A stretch of DNA of 64,000 nt from Tubulanus polymorphus (lineage: Eukaryota; Animalia; Nemertea): contig NC_134025.1 in NCBI RefSeq assembly GCF_964204645.1, positions 23,850,299 to 23,914,298 on the forward strand. The letters are read 5' to 3'. The translations under genes were made by a program, and so were the position numbers. The notes beneath the pieces were generated by a model, which did not search any database, was not told the DNA's origin, and saw only the letters and a program-made list of their open reading frames with translations. Positions 25,601 to 38,917 of this stretch are shown in pieces; the first letter of the stretch is position 1, and every line of letters starts with the position of its first letter.

Positions 25601-27886
25601 TCATTCTCTTGCAGCTATTCCTCGGTTTAGGATTTCCGTACGAAGGCCCTGCTCCCCTCGAGGCTATCGCGAATGGTGCTGCTTTTATAAATCCGCGTTT
25701 CAATCCCCCGCACGGCAGTAGAAATACTGACTTTTTTAAAGGCAAGCCGACTCAAAGAGAGGTTTGTACAAATGTTTACTTTTCATGTTTACTTTGAGTG
25801 AACTGGCAAGAAATAGATTCTAAATTTAGAGAATACACCACTAGCAAAAAGAAACTATTGCAGAGCCTTTCGTGAAAGGCATTTAGTCGCCATCACATAG
25901 AGACCATTGGCCCAGGCCAAACTGGTACGAATCAGGCCCAAGCCAAATTATGGCCCGTGCCTAATTAGAGAGGGCTTTCACATGGAAACCACTCACTCGA
26001 TACTATAAAACAATGCTTAAACAAAACGTAGTGAGTCACTTCCAGAACCAGTTGCAATTCAGACGCAATGATTTGACCTATGCTGAAATTTGGATTGAGC
26101 CTGGTTGGATGTTTTTGATTGGGCCAAACAGGCACGGGCCTTTTGGCACCCATGTCTTGTTCCAGGCCTTATTTGCTCGTGTGATCGCGGCTATTATCAA
26201 ACATTATCAGCACGTAATATCTGTATCATTTTCTTGATGCAATATACAAACTTTTGAAATCACTATCCATGAATAAATCGTAATTTCAGTTAACTAGTCA
26301 ACACCCCTACGCTGAGCAGTATATCGGTGAGCCATTTGTATATACAGTGGATATAAATAATGCTGCTGAAGTGCGCAAAGCTGTTGAGAAAGCTCTTCAG
26401 TGCTCAAAGGTAAGAAAAAGAGGCTTATCAACTGGTATCTATCCAGATAAGTAGCCACGGATTGTTTTCATTGATTATACCTAAATACTTGATATAACTC
26501 GATAGATCTTAAATATAATAATGTACGATCATATTGGAGTATATAACCTATGGAGACAAATGAAAAAATTAAAATAAAACTTTTTTTAGGGCGAATCCTT
26601 TCTTCCATATGAGTTTACAGAAGAAGGTATGTTACAACGAATCAACTCATTTATTAACAATCAGAACTTCTGCGATTCAAACAGCCCTCTATGGCCACCG
26701 CAACGAGATGTCAACATCTACTTGGCAATCGAGGGTGTCTCGTGCAAGGACACTTGTTCAGCAAAAGGTAAACAGTCAAATACAAGATAAAGCTCATGAG
26801 ATGTATACACTTTTATTCAAGAAATCGTCATCTGTGGCTGAATTATCGTGCGATTTCTCATCAAAGATAAATTAGTTTTTGATGATTTTGAACCATTTTT
26901 CATTAGTGTTCATGGTAGTGAGATATCCTGATGAAGCAAAAATCAAGTAGGCTATCACACTGTGGCGGTGTTCATATCGTCAATGCAGCTCATTGATATA
27001 ACTTGGTGTTCATTATGCTTGACTAATGAATCATGACATGTATGACATGGGTATATGACTAGATTACATTTCAGTCCCGATAGCAAAACAACCTTATACT
27101 TTATTCATCTGAGTGCGGAATTATGTGAAATCGAATGTTCATGCCCGATAAATACAACTTAATCCAAATCTTTATTTCAAACAATCTATCATGTGGTAAG
27201 ATGTTACAAAGGTTTGTTAATCTTAAAAAAGAGTTAGAACTTTTTATTGTTTTATTTTGGATATTGCTTCTAATTTTGTCACTATTCAGTATCCCTGAAG
27301 ATGACTTTTCAGTCTAATGTAATACCGGGTAGAGTATTTAATTACTAGGAACAATGAATCAATGCTGGTCTATAGTGATTTTATGTATATGTTGTGCAGG
27401 GGTCAGTTGCTCAAAAGTTGGTTAGGGTTAACCAGTAGATAAATGCCAAAGTGTTAATTGAAATTTCATTGTTTCCATGGTATTTTGCCACCAGTAATTC
27501 TAACGCAACTGGTAAGCAACTGGCCCAACTTAAATAACCCATCATAGTTGAAAATGACCTATTTATTGGCAATGGCTGATTATTTCGAGCAGATCAATTC
27601 TTATTCAGGAAATATCCATTTATTTTCAGGATTAATCTGTGAACCGACACATTTTAAGCGCATCAATTCTGCTGCATATCTCGCTCAATTAGGTATTCAC
27701 TGTCAGAGGAAAAATCGCATGGAAGGTCTCATATACCCAGCTATCGATCGCCGCTCACAAATGTGCACATTCCAATCACAGGAGCTGTTGTTCAGTTGCG
27801 TTGGATCAACAGAAAATTATGCCCGCATTTGTCCGTGTCGCAACTATATGAAAGGCCAAACAGCATTGTGTCATAGGTGTTTGTGA
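15767..27886 (+). CDS. MGAT5: Alpha-1,6-mannosylglycoprotein 6-beta-N-acetylglucosaminyltransferase (GnT-V, GT18)
   Basis: Exons 15767-15928 (type II TM anchor), 16301-16400, [stem exons uncertain], 20735-20829, 21197-21286 (WKSDTCYGENGVDGSDCSFLRYLSE), 21624-21707 (VENWCPHLP), 22629-22802, 23398-23464, 23559-23661 (GGPLGELVQWSDLI), 23897-24031, 24210-24343 (LRVLDSFGTEPQFN), 24883-25172 (PHTPDNTFLGF), 25615-25761 (LGFPYEGPAPLEAIANG), 26290-26409 (LTSQHPYAE), 26590-26767, 27630-27886 (RICPCRNYMKGQTALCHRCL*). Confidence 0.95.
16425..17228 (+). mobile_element. Non-autonomous Helitron with internal (TA)n and duplicated 3' module
   Basis: 5' A|TCTTATATAAT at 16424/16425. 3' hairpin CCCGTGG-ttt-CCACGGG (17201-17217) followed by CTAG|T at 17225-17229. 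A second hairpin lies at 16816-16831. No TSD. Confidence 0.75.
16522..16605. repeat. (TA)n microsatellite inside the Helitron
   Basis: Uninterrupted TA run of about 84 bp. Confidence 0.97.
18074..18168. repeat. (CATAA)n pentanucleotide microsatellite
   Basis: About 18 perfect CATAA units. Confidence 0.97.
22547..22581. repeat. (CATAGA)n hexanucleotide microsatellite
   Basis: About 6 units. Confidence 0.9.
22925..23344. repeat. Diverged ~215-bp tandem duplication in an MGAT5 intron
   Basis: gccagcacg...tgttctgtcggagaatat...agaatccatgctgt...gtcattgaac.aggacagaaacgatttttc occurs twice (from ~22925 and ~23140). Confidence 0.85.
27401..27527. mobile_element. Mini-MITE (~130 bp)
   Basis: TIR-like gggtcagttgctcaaaagttg / caactggtaagcaactggccc. 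Similar short elements occur at ~36131-36243 and ~53633-53772 (ccagttttatag/ctataaaactgg). Confidence 0.55.
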
Positions 27887-28569
27887 TAGGACATGATTCG
27901 TTCATAAATTTTACAACGTATTGCATTGTGCGATGGCAAAGCTATCATTTCATAAGATGTGAATGCGAATTTGAAAGCTTGAAATAATAATCAATCTTAT
28001 GTTGATTAAGGTCAAAAAGAGAAATAAGGATAACAGCCTTATTTTATTAGTCTTCTGGTTTGTTTTTGATGTCAAGAGCGCATAATGTGTCATGATTTGT
28101 TTTCAACGATTATTCTTGGAATGCATTTACGAAAAGGTACAGATATTTCTTCGTTACGTGCCATCACGTGATAGGTAGTTCTTAAAAAATCATCCGATTG
28201 AAAAAAGAAAACCGGAATGTTTTTTTGCGCAGAACAATAAAAAAAGTGTTTACAGCATTCAAAGCTGTCCTAGTCTGCAATCAAGTCATGTGTTGGTTAT
28301 ATTACATGGTATTTTGTTTCACTGCCATAAAAGAGATATGCCCCCCATATAAAACAAGACACTTCATAATTGATAAATTGCAGAAAATCACGGAGAATAT
28401 AATCATACGTACTTCGTGATGAGCGAAATTTCCATAAATGCTTGCATTGTTTTGATGTCATATATTTTCTAGGCATTTTATTTCTAAGCTATGAAATAAC
28501 TGTTAACATTTTCTGAATACAGATTTTAGTCTCCTCGTTTAAACACCGTTTGTTTAATCAAACTACTAT

Positions 28570-28931
28570 GAGGCTGTCCATAAAACATGCACAGAAAATT
28601 GCATATCTCCATATGCCCACATTGCACTAACCCCCCTCCACTTCCTTGTCCATCGGACAAAAAGCAATCAAAGACGTCGGACATCCAAAATAATGTTTTT
28701 TTTTAATTCACTTAATCACATTCTGGACTACAGTTTTTTCCATACATTATGTGAACTATATCTCCTCTAATTCGAAGTTGAAGTAATCATCCATGTGATG
28801 CACTCAATGATTTGTTCTGGCTTACAGGAGGAAGAAGATGTCCACATCCTAACAACCCCCTACCCTTGTTCACAAAAGTCCAAAGTTCGCAAGCCCCTCC
28901 CCTCAATTTTGGACATCTTATGGACAGCCCC
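28570..28931. mobile_element. PIF/Harbinger-like MITE in the MGAT5 3' region
   Basis: TIRs gaggctgtccataa / ttatggacagcccc, with internal C-rich subterminal motifs. Confidence 0.65.
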
Positions 28932-30230
28932 TGTGCATTTAAGTTTTATCGCATAGAGCAATACTATGCAATATCGCATAGCATACCGTCATACTTTACG
29001 GATAATCAAAAAATGGTACAAAAATATAGGAAAACTATGATGATTTTATGGAACCATTTACCCCTTGTATCAATCCTGGCCAGTTTCCGAGTGGAAAGTG
29101 TTAGTCCAGTTTCCATAAACTATATACAACAGTACAAGAGCACTAATTCAACCTGATTAAGAAGGAAGCTGTTATCAGTTAAACAGGAAACTAAATTTCT
29201 CCTTCAATCAGACCATGTTCTCAAATGAAGTTCTATAAGAATATCGATATTCGAAGGTTTTTATTTCAATGAGTGGAGAAACAAACTATCATGCTTCATT
29301 CATCCGAGTATGATGGGAAGGAATGTGGGATAATAATAGATTTGTTGATACGTATCTATTTGTACTAAACATGTATTTTAATACTAGAGTATTTTTCAAA
29401 CTGAATGCTGCTAGTTTTGTTGGTTTTCATATAACATTTTTGTATTTTGTAAATTCTTAAATTGCCTTCAAGCATTGCTACGATAGACTCCTCCTTACTC
29501 AGTATATTAGTTAACGCAGTAAACTGCTCAAGTCAGCAATTCAAATACATTTGGAAAACAAGTCATCTCTGTGAAATATTGCAGTCCGAGCACCAGCGAG
29601 TCTACTGTACTTTTTAATATCAGTTATCAGAACGGGTTTGTTATGGCAGGTGTCTAATTCCAATGATATTGTTTTATACTTGTAAACTGAGATATGTACT
29701 ATAATAAACATAAAATGGTTATTTTGACGAAACTCTGTTCCCAGTATGCTCACTTGAATCTCTTCAACTCATTTGCATATTTGACATCACACATTCCACT
29801 TCCATCTGGATCAATGAATTTACTGGCGTTAATACATGTATGCAGATATAAGGATGAACAGGGTTAATCTTAAGACATGGGACCTATTCCATAGTCATGG
29901 AAACCAGTCTAACATAATCTTAGTCCTATCACCAATCTAACAGTGTTAGACCAGTCTTAAGAGGTATGATCACTTATGGACTCGAGCCTTGATGGAACTG
30001 GCGTCTGGATTACGCAGGTTTTACTGTTAGTCTGAAAACTTGTCTTCAGTTGTCTAAGGATAAGAACAAAAATCAGCTCGACCCTGGCCTGAACACTTGA
30101 GAGATACCATCCAGAGAATCTCCAAACAAATACTCAAGCACATTTTTTCTTATGAATGGATTCTATTTATAACTTATATATGAAACAACTAAAGCACAGA
30201 CACTTACAAAAAATCGACAAGCACCCTGTT

Positions 30231-31254
30231 TCAACTTCCCTTCGGTCGTATAGTGCGTATCTTCTTCAGTTCTTTATAAAGAACTTCTTGTTGTACTGAA
30301 AATAAAAGCAACATAATTGTTAATTTGATGCAACAAAGCAAGTATAAAGTAGCGATTCCCAACTTGAAAGAAGCAAAAACTAATTTCTTACCCCAAGGAT
30401 CAAAATTTATTTCTTCCATTTTATCGGCGAGTCTTGGTCTTACTCTGATAAGCTTATGTCCAGTTCCAGACATGCTCTCCAGTACCACCATAACAGCCCT
30501 TAAATAAGATTATGGCGATAACATGACAATGACAATATCCCGGTAACTCTTCAAATATGTCATAAATACGACATTAGATTACGTTTGTGGCTGTCAGCAA
30601 TTGTAATTAACAATTCCCAACAACGAGTATTTATTATCTCCAAGGAGATTGCACGATAACTCAATAATCAATGTTAATTCACCAGTCACATGTACAAATA
30701 GTTCTAACTTTATCGTTAATTATCTATATGCAATGTAAACATTATCCACATACGCACTAGTAATATAATACCAAGATGCTTTAGTTTCAATCCTTATGGA
30801 TTCACTAGGAACTTTAGTGTCTGATGTTATCACAGACACTGAGACACGAATGTAATTTTCTCGATACACTTATAGTTATGAATTACTGCCACTGTAAACC
30901 ACCAGAAATCCAGTTTCACCAAATCGATTGCGAAAAATAAACCGCTATCATTACGAACTTCAGATAAACAGTTTTTTTTGTATTATGTTTATTCAAAGGA
31001 GCTTTGATCAGTCGGTGGATGATGCGAAACAAATGCAAAAATTTGCAAAAATGACTCACTTTATCAAAATATGGAAATTAATTGCAATGAGCTGCTACGA
31101 CAACAAAGCCCTGAGATGCAAATTCATTCTTTGCCGACATAGTTCTCATGCATTTGAATGCAGCGATAACACTATCTTTATCTTTAAAAATAACTTTGCA
31201 TCATACTTACTTTCCGGCTTTCTTCTTCGCCAGTCTGGGAATAGTTAACAGCAT
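30231..31254 (-). CDS. MRPL33: Mitochondrial ribosomal protein L33
   Basis: Exons 31254-31211 (MLLTIPRLAKKKAGK), 30498-30392 (AVMVVLESMSGTGHKLIRVRPRLADKMEEINFDPW), 30295-30231 (VQQEVLYKELKKIRTIRPKGS*). bL33m pattern ES.SGTG...DP...V...E.KKIR. An ETS-like CCGGAAGT lies at 31801. Confidence 0.88.
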
Positions 31255-33423
31255 TTTATCGCGTCGTCAATATTTCTTAAGTTTAAAAAATTTTTCTTTC
31301 GTAACACGCATTTGGCTGAAATAAAAAATGAAAATCTAAGATTATAATTATATATATATTATAGATTATAATAAGCGTCCTGGGAAATTGAAAAAAATTC
31401 CATTTTGCTTTGGAATAAAATATCAAATTTTTCCTATTTATGAATTTAAAAAAATACTATAGGGCCTACTAATATAAAATGATCTAAACCACTACACTAT
31501 TCTGATGACATTCTGAGTCTGAAACAGCGATCTTTTAATGATTTATTGAACCATTTATGAAAGGTGCAGATATGACCGGAATCTCAATCTGTTCGTGTTG
31601 GTAATTAGTGCGATTAATCGTTCACCGCGGCATTTCTTCATTCAAGCCGCATAACAGAGGGATTAATGCATATAAGGCCCTATTCTACATTTTATGCCAC
31701 TCCAAAATTCCCAAATTTATCTCAAATATGACAGTTTGTACCTTGATTTCCTTTATATGTTAATGTTTTCTATATTAATCGATTTACGTGCTAACTCGAC
31801 CCGGAAGTAATTAAGAGACTGGTTGACGTATTTCACGCGCCAACCAGTCTATACGGCGTTATCGTGGAAGGGTATTTGCGTATTAAGAAAACTTGCTTGC
31901 AGCTTCGTACGGTCACCTAGCGAAATTTACGCGAACTACTACTGCGTGACCAGCTCCACCGGGAGGACAAACTCTGTCATTTTTACTTTACGAAAATCAA
32001 CAAAGTTAATTAACCAGTAGAGAATAGTTTTGAATTCATTTTCATTGTTTCATGATAAAAATGATTTAATCTAAGATGTTACATTATTGGGCCATTTTTG
32101 GGGTGTACACTTCTTGAATGGGGCGGCGGGGCCCGGGTGCTGATTTCGTCAATTCGATTTGTGCAAACCCGCAAATTTCTTTTCGGATAAGTGATGCTGA
32201 CGATGTGAGAGGTGTTTAATTCCACTATGAGTCTTGAGTTCCACCAAGGCTGGGATTGTGCAAAATTGACATGATCAAGAGAGCGCCGCACTGGCCATCT
32301 GAGCGGAGTCCACTGTCAGACCCCCCACACCTTAAAAACTCATCCGTCATATCAACGTTACGGATGATGTATCAGAGAGTTGATTCTCACATTTTTTTTC
32401 CACATTTCTCATTCTTTTTCAAGGGGAAAATTACTATACCGGCAACTCCGAGACTCAGAGCCACAGAATCCAACCAAGGGGCACTATCAATGGCAACTAA
32501 ATCCACTCACTCAGACCAAGAAACAACATTCGGAGCGGGAACGTTTTCAGTCAACGTGTTGTGCGAATATAACTGGAATCCAACAGAGTACTAGAGTTAA
32601 CGGATGCAATGACATGAGCTCCTCCTAAACTTCGCACTCCGGTTTGGCGCCAGACGAGCCGACAACAACCTAGAAATAGGCATAAAATATTCTCTCGTTG
32701 GTTGTGAAAACGACGATACAGTTCTGTCTCTGATAAATGAAAACCTGTTTTGTAAATTCTGCTGAGGTCCAGCTACTGGCAAATGGATTGGAGATGTAAT
32801 TATTAGAAATATCCTCGGCCACCAGGCCTAGTGAAAGCGAAGATTAACGCAGAAATGTGGAGTTACGATTGGAACCGTTTCGACTACCGGTTATTCTAAT
32901 AGTCATCTTCAGCAATCTGGGAGAAATAAATCCAGAATCATGACTCTTCAGATGTGATACTAACTAAGAAAATTAATGGAAAAACAGTTAACGGGATGGC
33001 CCGCAGTACCACGGCACAGGGGAATCCTTACTAATAGTACCTATTGGGGTCAAAAACTTATTATGTCGGGCCCCTGTGAGCTCAAGGAAACATTTTCGGA
33101 CTGAACGTTATTTTCTCGTTATTGTTGTGGGATTTTCTACATATCATGGCCACAACACGGATCCCGATGTGTTTTATCGATGGTTAAATGAATTGGATAT
33201 TTGAATTGAGTGATATCTGCATTTCTCAACACCCGGCTTCTCGCGGATTACGTTTAGTATATGCAGATCTATGGTGCCACGTTAGCTTGACACGGCCGGT
33301 GAATTTTAACACGTCAAGTTACTTTCTGTGCGCTTCCAATTAACTCGATTAGCAGTTAAATTGCCCGATAGGAACCTGCTAGTTATTATTAGTGACGCTG
33401 TAAGGAAATCCACCGGGTGAAAT

Positions 33424-35082
33424 ATGGAGATTTTACATTATTTGTGCGGTGTGTTATTTTGTGTTTGTTTGATGATTGACGACGCGAACGCTCTGCGATT
33501 TTTTGTCAGACCGGGCGCTAACAATAAAAAATGCTTGAAAGAAGAAATACATAAAGACGTTCTAGTGTCGGGTGACTATGAATTCCAGGAGATGCCTGGT
33601 CAAAAGGGTAGCATACATGTGAGTATTTCGATACCGTATTGTATTATTGGTGCTGCTGCCCCTTTTTGCGCGGCGGGATAATATGCATTATGACACATAT
33701 GATAAAAACATATGATAACCTATCTTGCTATGTTACAATTTGAATTACAGTCAAATTCGGCTTCACAGACCAGAAATCCATATGTCAAGATATCGAGCAT
33801 CCTTTTTTGTATTACACTTTCTATAGAAAAAGACGCCATAAGGGAGCAGAATCGTCATTTCAGCAATTCTTATTTCGACAACTGATGTACAATTTTTAGT
33901 GAACTTAATCGATTTGTGAATTTGTTTTCGACATTTCAGATAACCGATTCAAAATCGCATACGCTGTTTAAAAAAGAAGACGCATCAAAAGGAAAATTCG
34001 CTTTTACTACTGAAGAATACGATATGTTCCAAGTTTGCTTCGAGACTAAAATGATAGCTGGTAAGCGCAGAAAGCTGGTTTTATTTTATCTTTTTGAAAA
34101 AGATACAAGCGGTTATATTAATTCCATATGGCAAATCTTTATATAATTTCAGGTGGACAGGGAGCTGACCGTGAAGTTTTCATTGACATGAAACATGGTG
34201 TTGAAGCGAAAGATTATGGAAATGTAAGTCCTGGCGGCATACCAGCAGAGCTTGGAAGAAATTGGTTCTTTTTTGAACGAAGGTGCTTATCGTATTGTTT
34301 GTTTATTCCAGTTGGCGAAAGCCGAGAAACTAAAACCTTTGGAAGTTGAATTGAGACGTCTAGAAGATCTTTCCGAATCTATCGTAAATGATTTCGCTTA
34401 TATGAGAGCAAGAGAAGAAGAAATGAGAGACACGAACGGTGAGCATAGGCTTAATCCAGCGTATTAAATATTAGCTCAGTTGAATCCTTAAGATACTTGT
34501 TAGAAATGACAAAAGTTTGGGGCAAATAGCAAATATATTGGGATATTCGAGAATTAGAACATTTTGGTGGGGATTAAGTCAGTAAATGAACGAACTGTAG
34601 GGTAATTTCTATCAATCATTAACCCTAATTTGAAATTTAAAAAAAATTCCATCTGGGGGGTTGAAGAATGGGCATACCACTTTAGTGCGTCTACACCACT
34701 GTGCAGTGTATCTTTAGTTACTAATATTTCACTGTTTGACAGGTGCTGCCATCTTTCAAAAGTGATAAAATCTAATTAGGCTACTAATAACTTCATTACA
34801 CTGCGATGCAGTATACTACCAAGTCCATCACCGATTTATACACCGACTGCAGTGAAGATGCACTGAAAGGGCCGTATTCTATGTATCCTACTATACATTA
34901 TAATATTGTATAAGAAACTTGCATGATTACAACACTATCTTGCTTTTTTTTTCATTTCAGAATCCACCCATTCTAGAGTTTTATACTTCAGTGTATTTAG
35001 TATGTGCTGTTTATTAGGATTAGCGACCTGGCAAGTTCTTTATTTACGACGATTCTTCAAAGCTAAGAAACTCATCGAATAA
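33424..35082 (+). CDS. TMED10: p24 family GOLD-domain protein Tmp21/p23
   Basis: Exons 33424-33618, 33940-34060, 34153-34223, 34312-34438, 34961-35082. Motifs [44 protein letters not shown] and C-terminal [13 protein letters not shown]. Confidence 0.97.
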
Positions 35083-36350
35083 ATAAGTATTTATATTTAA
35101 GCAGTTATGATTATTATGTAGAGTTATTTTATTTCGTTTCAAAATGATAATGTAATTTGAGACACCGAGAATAGTAACATCCATTATTCTGGTGCTGAAT
35201 ATTCGAGGTCTTTCTGTTCTTATTTTTGATTTAGACAAGAAAGTTTTTTGTTTGTTTTTGGATAAATTAATAGGTCATAATGTTAGAAATGTTCCTTTTG
35301 TTTATTGGAGATAATTCAGCAATATGGAATGTTTTACATTTAAGAATTGCATGATAAAAGTTTGAGTTAAAAGTACTATCATGTGAACCACCAGTCTTTA
35401 GCTGAATTATACGCTTGAAATAATTATATCCTTTTCCATCAATGTAAATTAAGATATTTTCATAGTTTTGCTATCTTTCATTTTTGAATGAACTCCAATG
35501 CACTGTCTGTTGGCTGAAGGTATTTGAGGGTAATTGAAGGGCTTGTTCGACAGATACGGACAAACAATAAGAAATGAGCTAATCTCATTTATCTCAACTG
35601 TTTCGTAACAAGCTCTTGAATCTTTTCTTATTTGGCTAGAATTCTACTGAACTTCTTATTCGCGAAATGTAAAACTCTAAATGAGATTTTGTGATTTCTT
35701 GATAGTTAGCTGAATCCCGAGTTGATTTTGGGATATTTCGTAATCAACGATGAATTTATACGTCTGTATTTTCAAAATGAAAAAGACATTCTCATTGTCT
35801 ATTGTAATCCGATCGTCGCGTTGGTCATCGCTCTACAATCACATGTACCGACCGAGACAGTGTACATGTATCATTGTTAAGAAATGTAAATAATAGAATT
35901 ATACTGTAGTGTTGTAAATATTTTTTCAAGAATTATGAGACAGACGGTTTGTGGTCAGGATATTATATACTTTGTAGTTGTGTCCATGTGATTTCTGAGT
36001 AGATTAACATTTGTTTGAGGTCTTAGATACAATGGACGACATCAAAAGCGTTTTCTAATTTATCGATGTAGTTAGACAGTTTTCGTAGTAAAATAGAAAT
36101 GTTTTGGTGTAATTATCGTCCTCTCCTGTTACCAGTTTTCAGGAAAGAGTTCATACTTATAAAGTTATGAAGGTTGAGTTTTGATTAAGTAACGAATTGC
36201 AGACCAATAGTTTGATTAAACGTTTTCATGAAACTGGACCCTGTCGTCACTATGTCTGGGTATAATTTGGTTGGTTAGTTCGTTCTGGGTCAAATTATGT
36301 GATATTCGCACACACCGCTCGGTATATGGTATTTAAGTTATATGTTGGCT

Positions 36351-36534
36351 TAAAGCTGGGTTCTCATTACTCATTTGGCCATTACAGTAATTGACGTGTA
36401 TAATCCATGATAATTATAATAATCAATAATTGTTTTCTTTCACATTGTTAAGATGATAGCAACATTGACCGGCCATTTAAGCATATTTTGCGTATAATTC
36501 GAAGAAGAATATCGTTAATGAGAACCCACGTTAA
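36351..36534. mobile_element. MITE in the TMED10 3' UTR region
   Basis: TIR tgggttctcatta / taatgagaaccca with TTAA/TAA on both flanks. Confidence 0.6.
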
Positions 36535-38917
36535 GATGCCTCTGCTGAAGCAATGTTTATTCATTGCAATTGTCTTCTTATATTCAATATTTCTTCATAT
36601 ATTCCCTTCTATTGTGTTTCAACTAAATTGAATTAGTTGGTAATTCTTAGTTCGGTGGTAGTAAGTAAAAATCTAATGTTAAGTGTTAATACGTTCAATG
36701 GAAACTTTTAAGGGTTAGTTCAATGTATGTTGTATGATATGCCATGTACATTGGACTTAACGTTTTTGCTTGCTAGCAGAGAAAGGACATATAAAGAGTA
36801 TGAAATGTCTGTTGAATCCATGTACTACTCAAATCGATAGTTGTTTCCTGTTGGTATCCATCCTAAGGGCAGAAAAAGATTTATAAACGAGACCACCCTG
36901 CACACACTCATCAGCTTCAGGTTATCAATCACTTATTTATTTTATCATTGAAATGTACTGTATCCTAAGAACTTTTGGATATGAAATATTTCTGGAATAA
37001 ATAACAAATAAAAGGTACCGATGGTTTGTTTTCTGGATCTTGGTGTTGCATATACCCTGGTACATGGTAAACTCAATAGCTTTGTTTGTTAGTGCAGACG
37101 TCATAGACCATTCCGGGTATGGTACTGGACTAGTATAGGGTACTCAATTCTGAGTATCTTTAGTGGATAAATGAGTTTAGTTGATTATTGTAGCAACAAG
37201 TATGGCCGAACTGCAAATGAGTGGCCGCCATTTTCTGTTCATGGGTATACTCGGCTTACCATGCTCTTGAGCATGGTAAGGCAAGTACAGTATCCGAAAT
37301 TGAGTGTTACCCTTGGATAAATGTGCAGAGTACCATACTTCAAAATGAGTACATGCATCGATAAAATGCCAGTTGGGGTACTGAGTATATTTCGATAAGT
37401 TCGCCTTAGGGCATCGTTATCAGTAACATAGTCATCCTGAATTCTAAACCAACAAGAAAAAGTGGAGTGAACCCCCAACCAGAATATAGAGCCAGTCATT
37501 GCATCAGAATCCTCAATAGTTGCTCTTATTTGCTATCTCTATCAGAAGAGTATACTAAGTCTTACCTAGAATCCATCAAATAAGTATTGATAAGCACTAT
37601 AATGCTATCTCTACCCAGGTGAAGACATTGGAACCTAGTTACAAAGAACTTCATGAATTGTCCTACTTTGGATGATATTGTAGGTTTGTAATAACCGATA
37701 AATCGTTGTTCCACTGTATTTGATTACCTCAGGAATCTGTGGATGATAGTTAAAAATCCAATGAAAGGAAAGCAGCGATAGAAAATAGTTGCTATCTACA
37801 AGTACTTCAATATATGCACATTTATTTACAAAGAAGCTCAACCAATATATATATATATATATATATATAGTTTATAGTATATATCTAAACACATCGCGAC
37901 CAGTAGCCTGCCTTGCCATTCAGTAGTAGCCATCCATTTACCGGTATGAATTAATTTACATATCGTAGCCAGACGTACACATGCCTTTACTTCCAAGTAC
38001 ATTATCCAATGCTTGAATGACAAGTTCCAAAATGGAGAAGCCTAATAAATGCAACTTTTACTAACAACTCTTCACATTCTAGTCTGATCAGATAAGATTT
38101 GGCAGCTGAATTATTTTGACGTCGAAGACAACAAGTATATCTGGAATATGAGATTAAAACACCAATCGATCGCGAAAAAATGAGCAAATGACCGCACGCA
38201 ATGTTTCACATTGATCGATAAACGAGTTTATAGATTTATATACAAAAGATCACTGTACAATACATGCAAATTATCACCATCGATGTACACGTACCATGAG
38301 CCCCGTTCAAAACAAGAAGCAGAGTCTACAGCAATTTATCAGCAAATTGGGTCAACTACATTCTTTTGAAATACACCAGATTTTTCATTACAATCGTCGA
38401 CTCATTTGTATATTCCTTGATTGATATTAACTAGATCATCATTGGACGGCCATACAGAACGCGCTAGTCAAACCAACTATACCAGACAAGACGATTAACA
38501 CAGACCTTTACTTATCTCTTAATTATTCAAGTAGGTTTTTCAGTCAGAATTTATCAAATGCCGCGAATGAAAAAGGATATAAAGCACTCCTAGAGTAAAA
38601 TCTAGCGGAGAAGAGGTCAGACCTTTCATTACTTCCGAGTTAAAAATATCTAGCTGCACAATTATAACAACAGTATAGTATAAGTCATAGCAGTCATGCA
38701 TAAACAACAATACCGTACAGTCCAACATTCTCTAAGTAAACCATTCTAACCGATGGTTCGTCTGGTGTCTCGAAATGCACATAACTAACTTCATTCAGTC
38801 TCACATAAAGGCACAGCCATCAGTGAAAATAACTCCTGAAATCTTCACACTTCCGCAAGGTTATCGAGTAACACACTAACAACATTTATGCTTTCATTGT
38901 TTTTGCTATTTGTTGAT

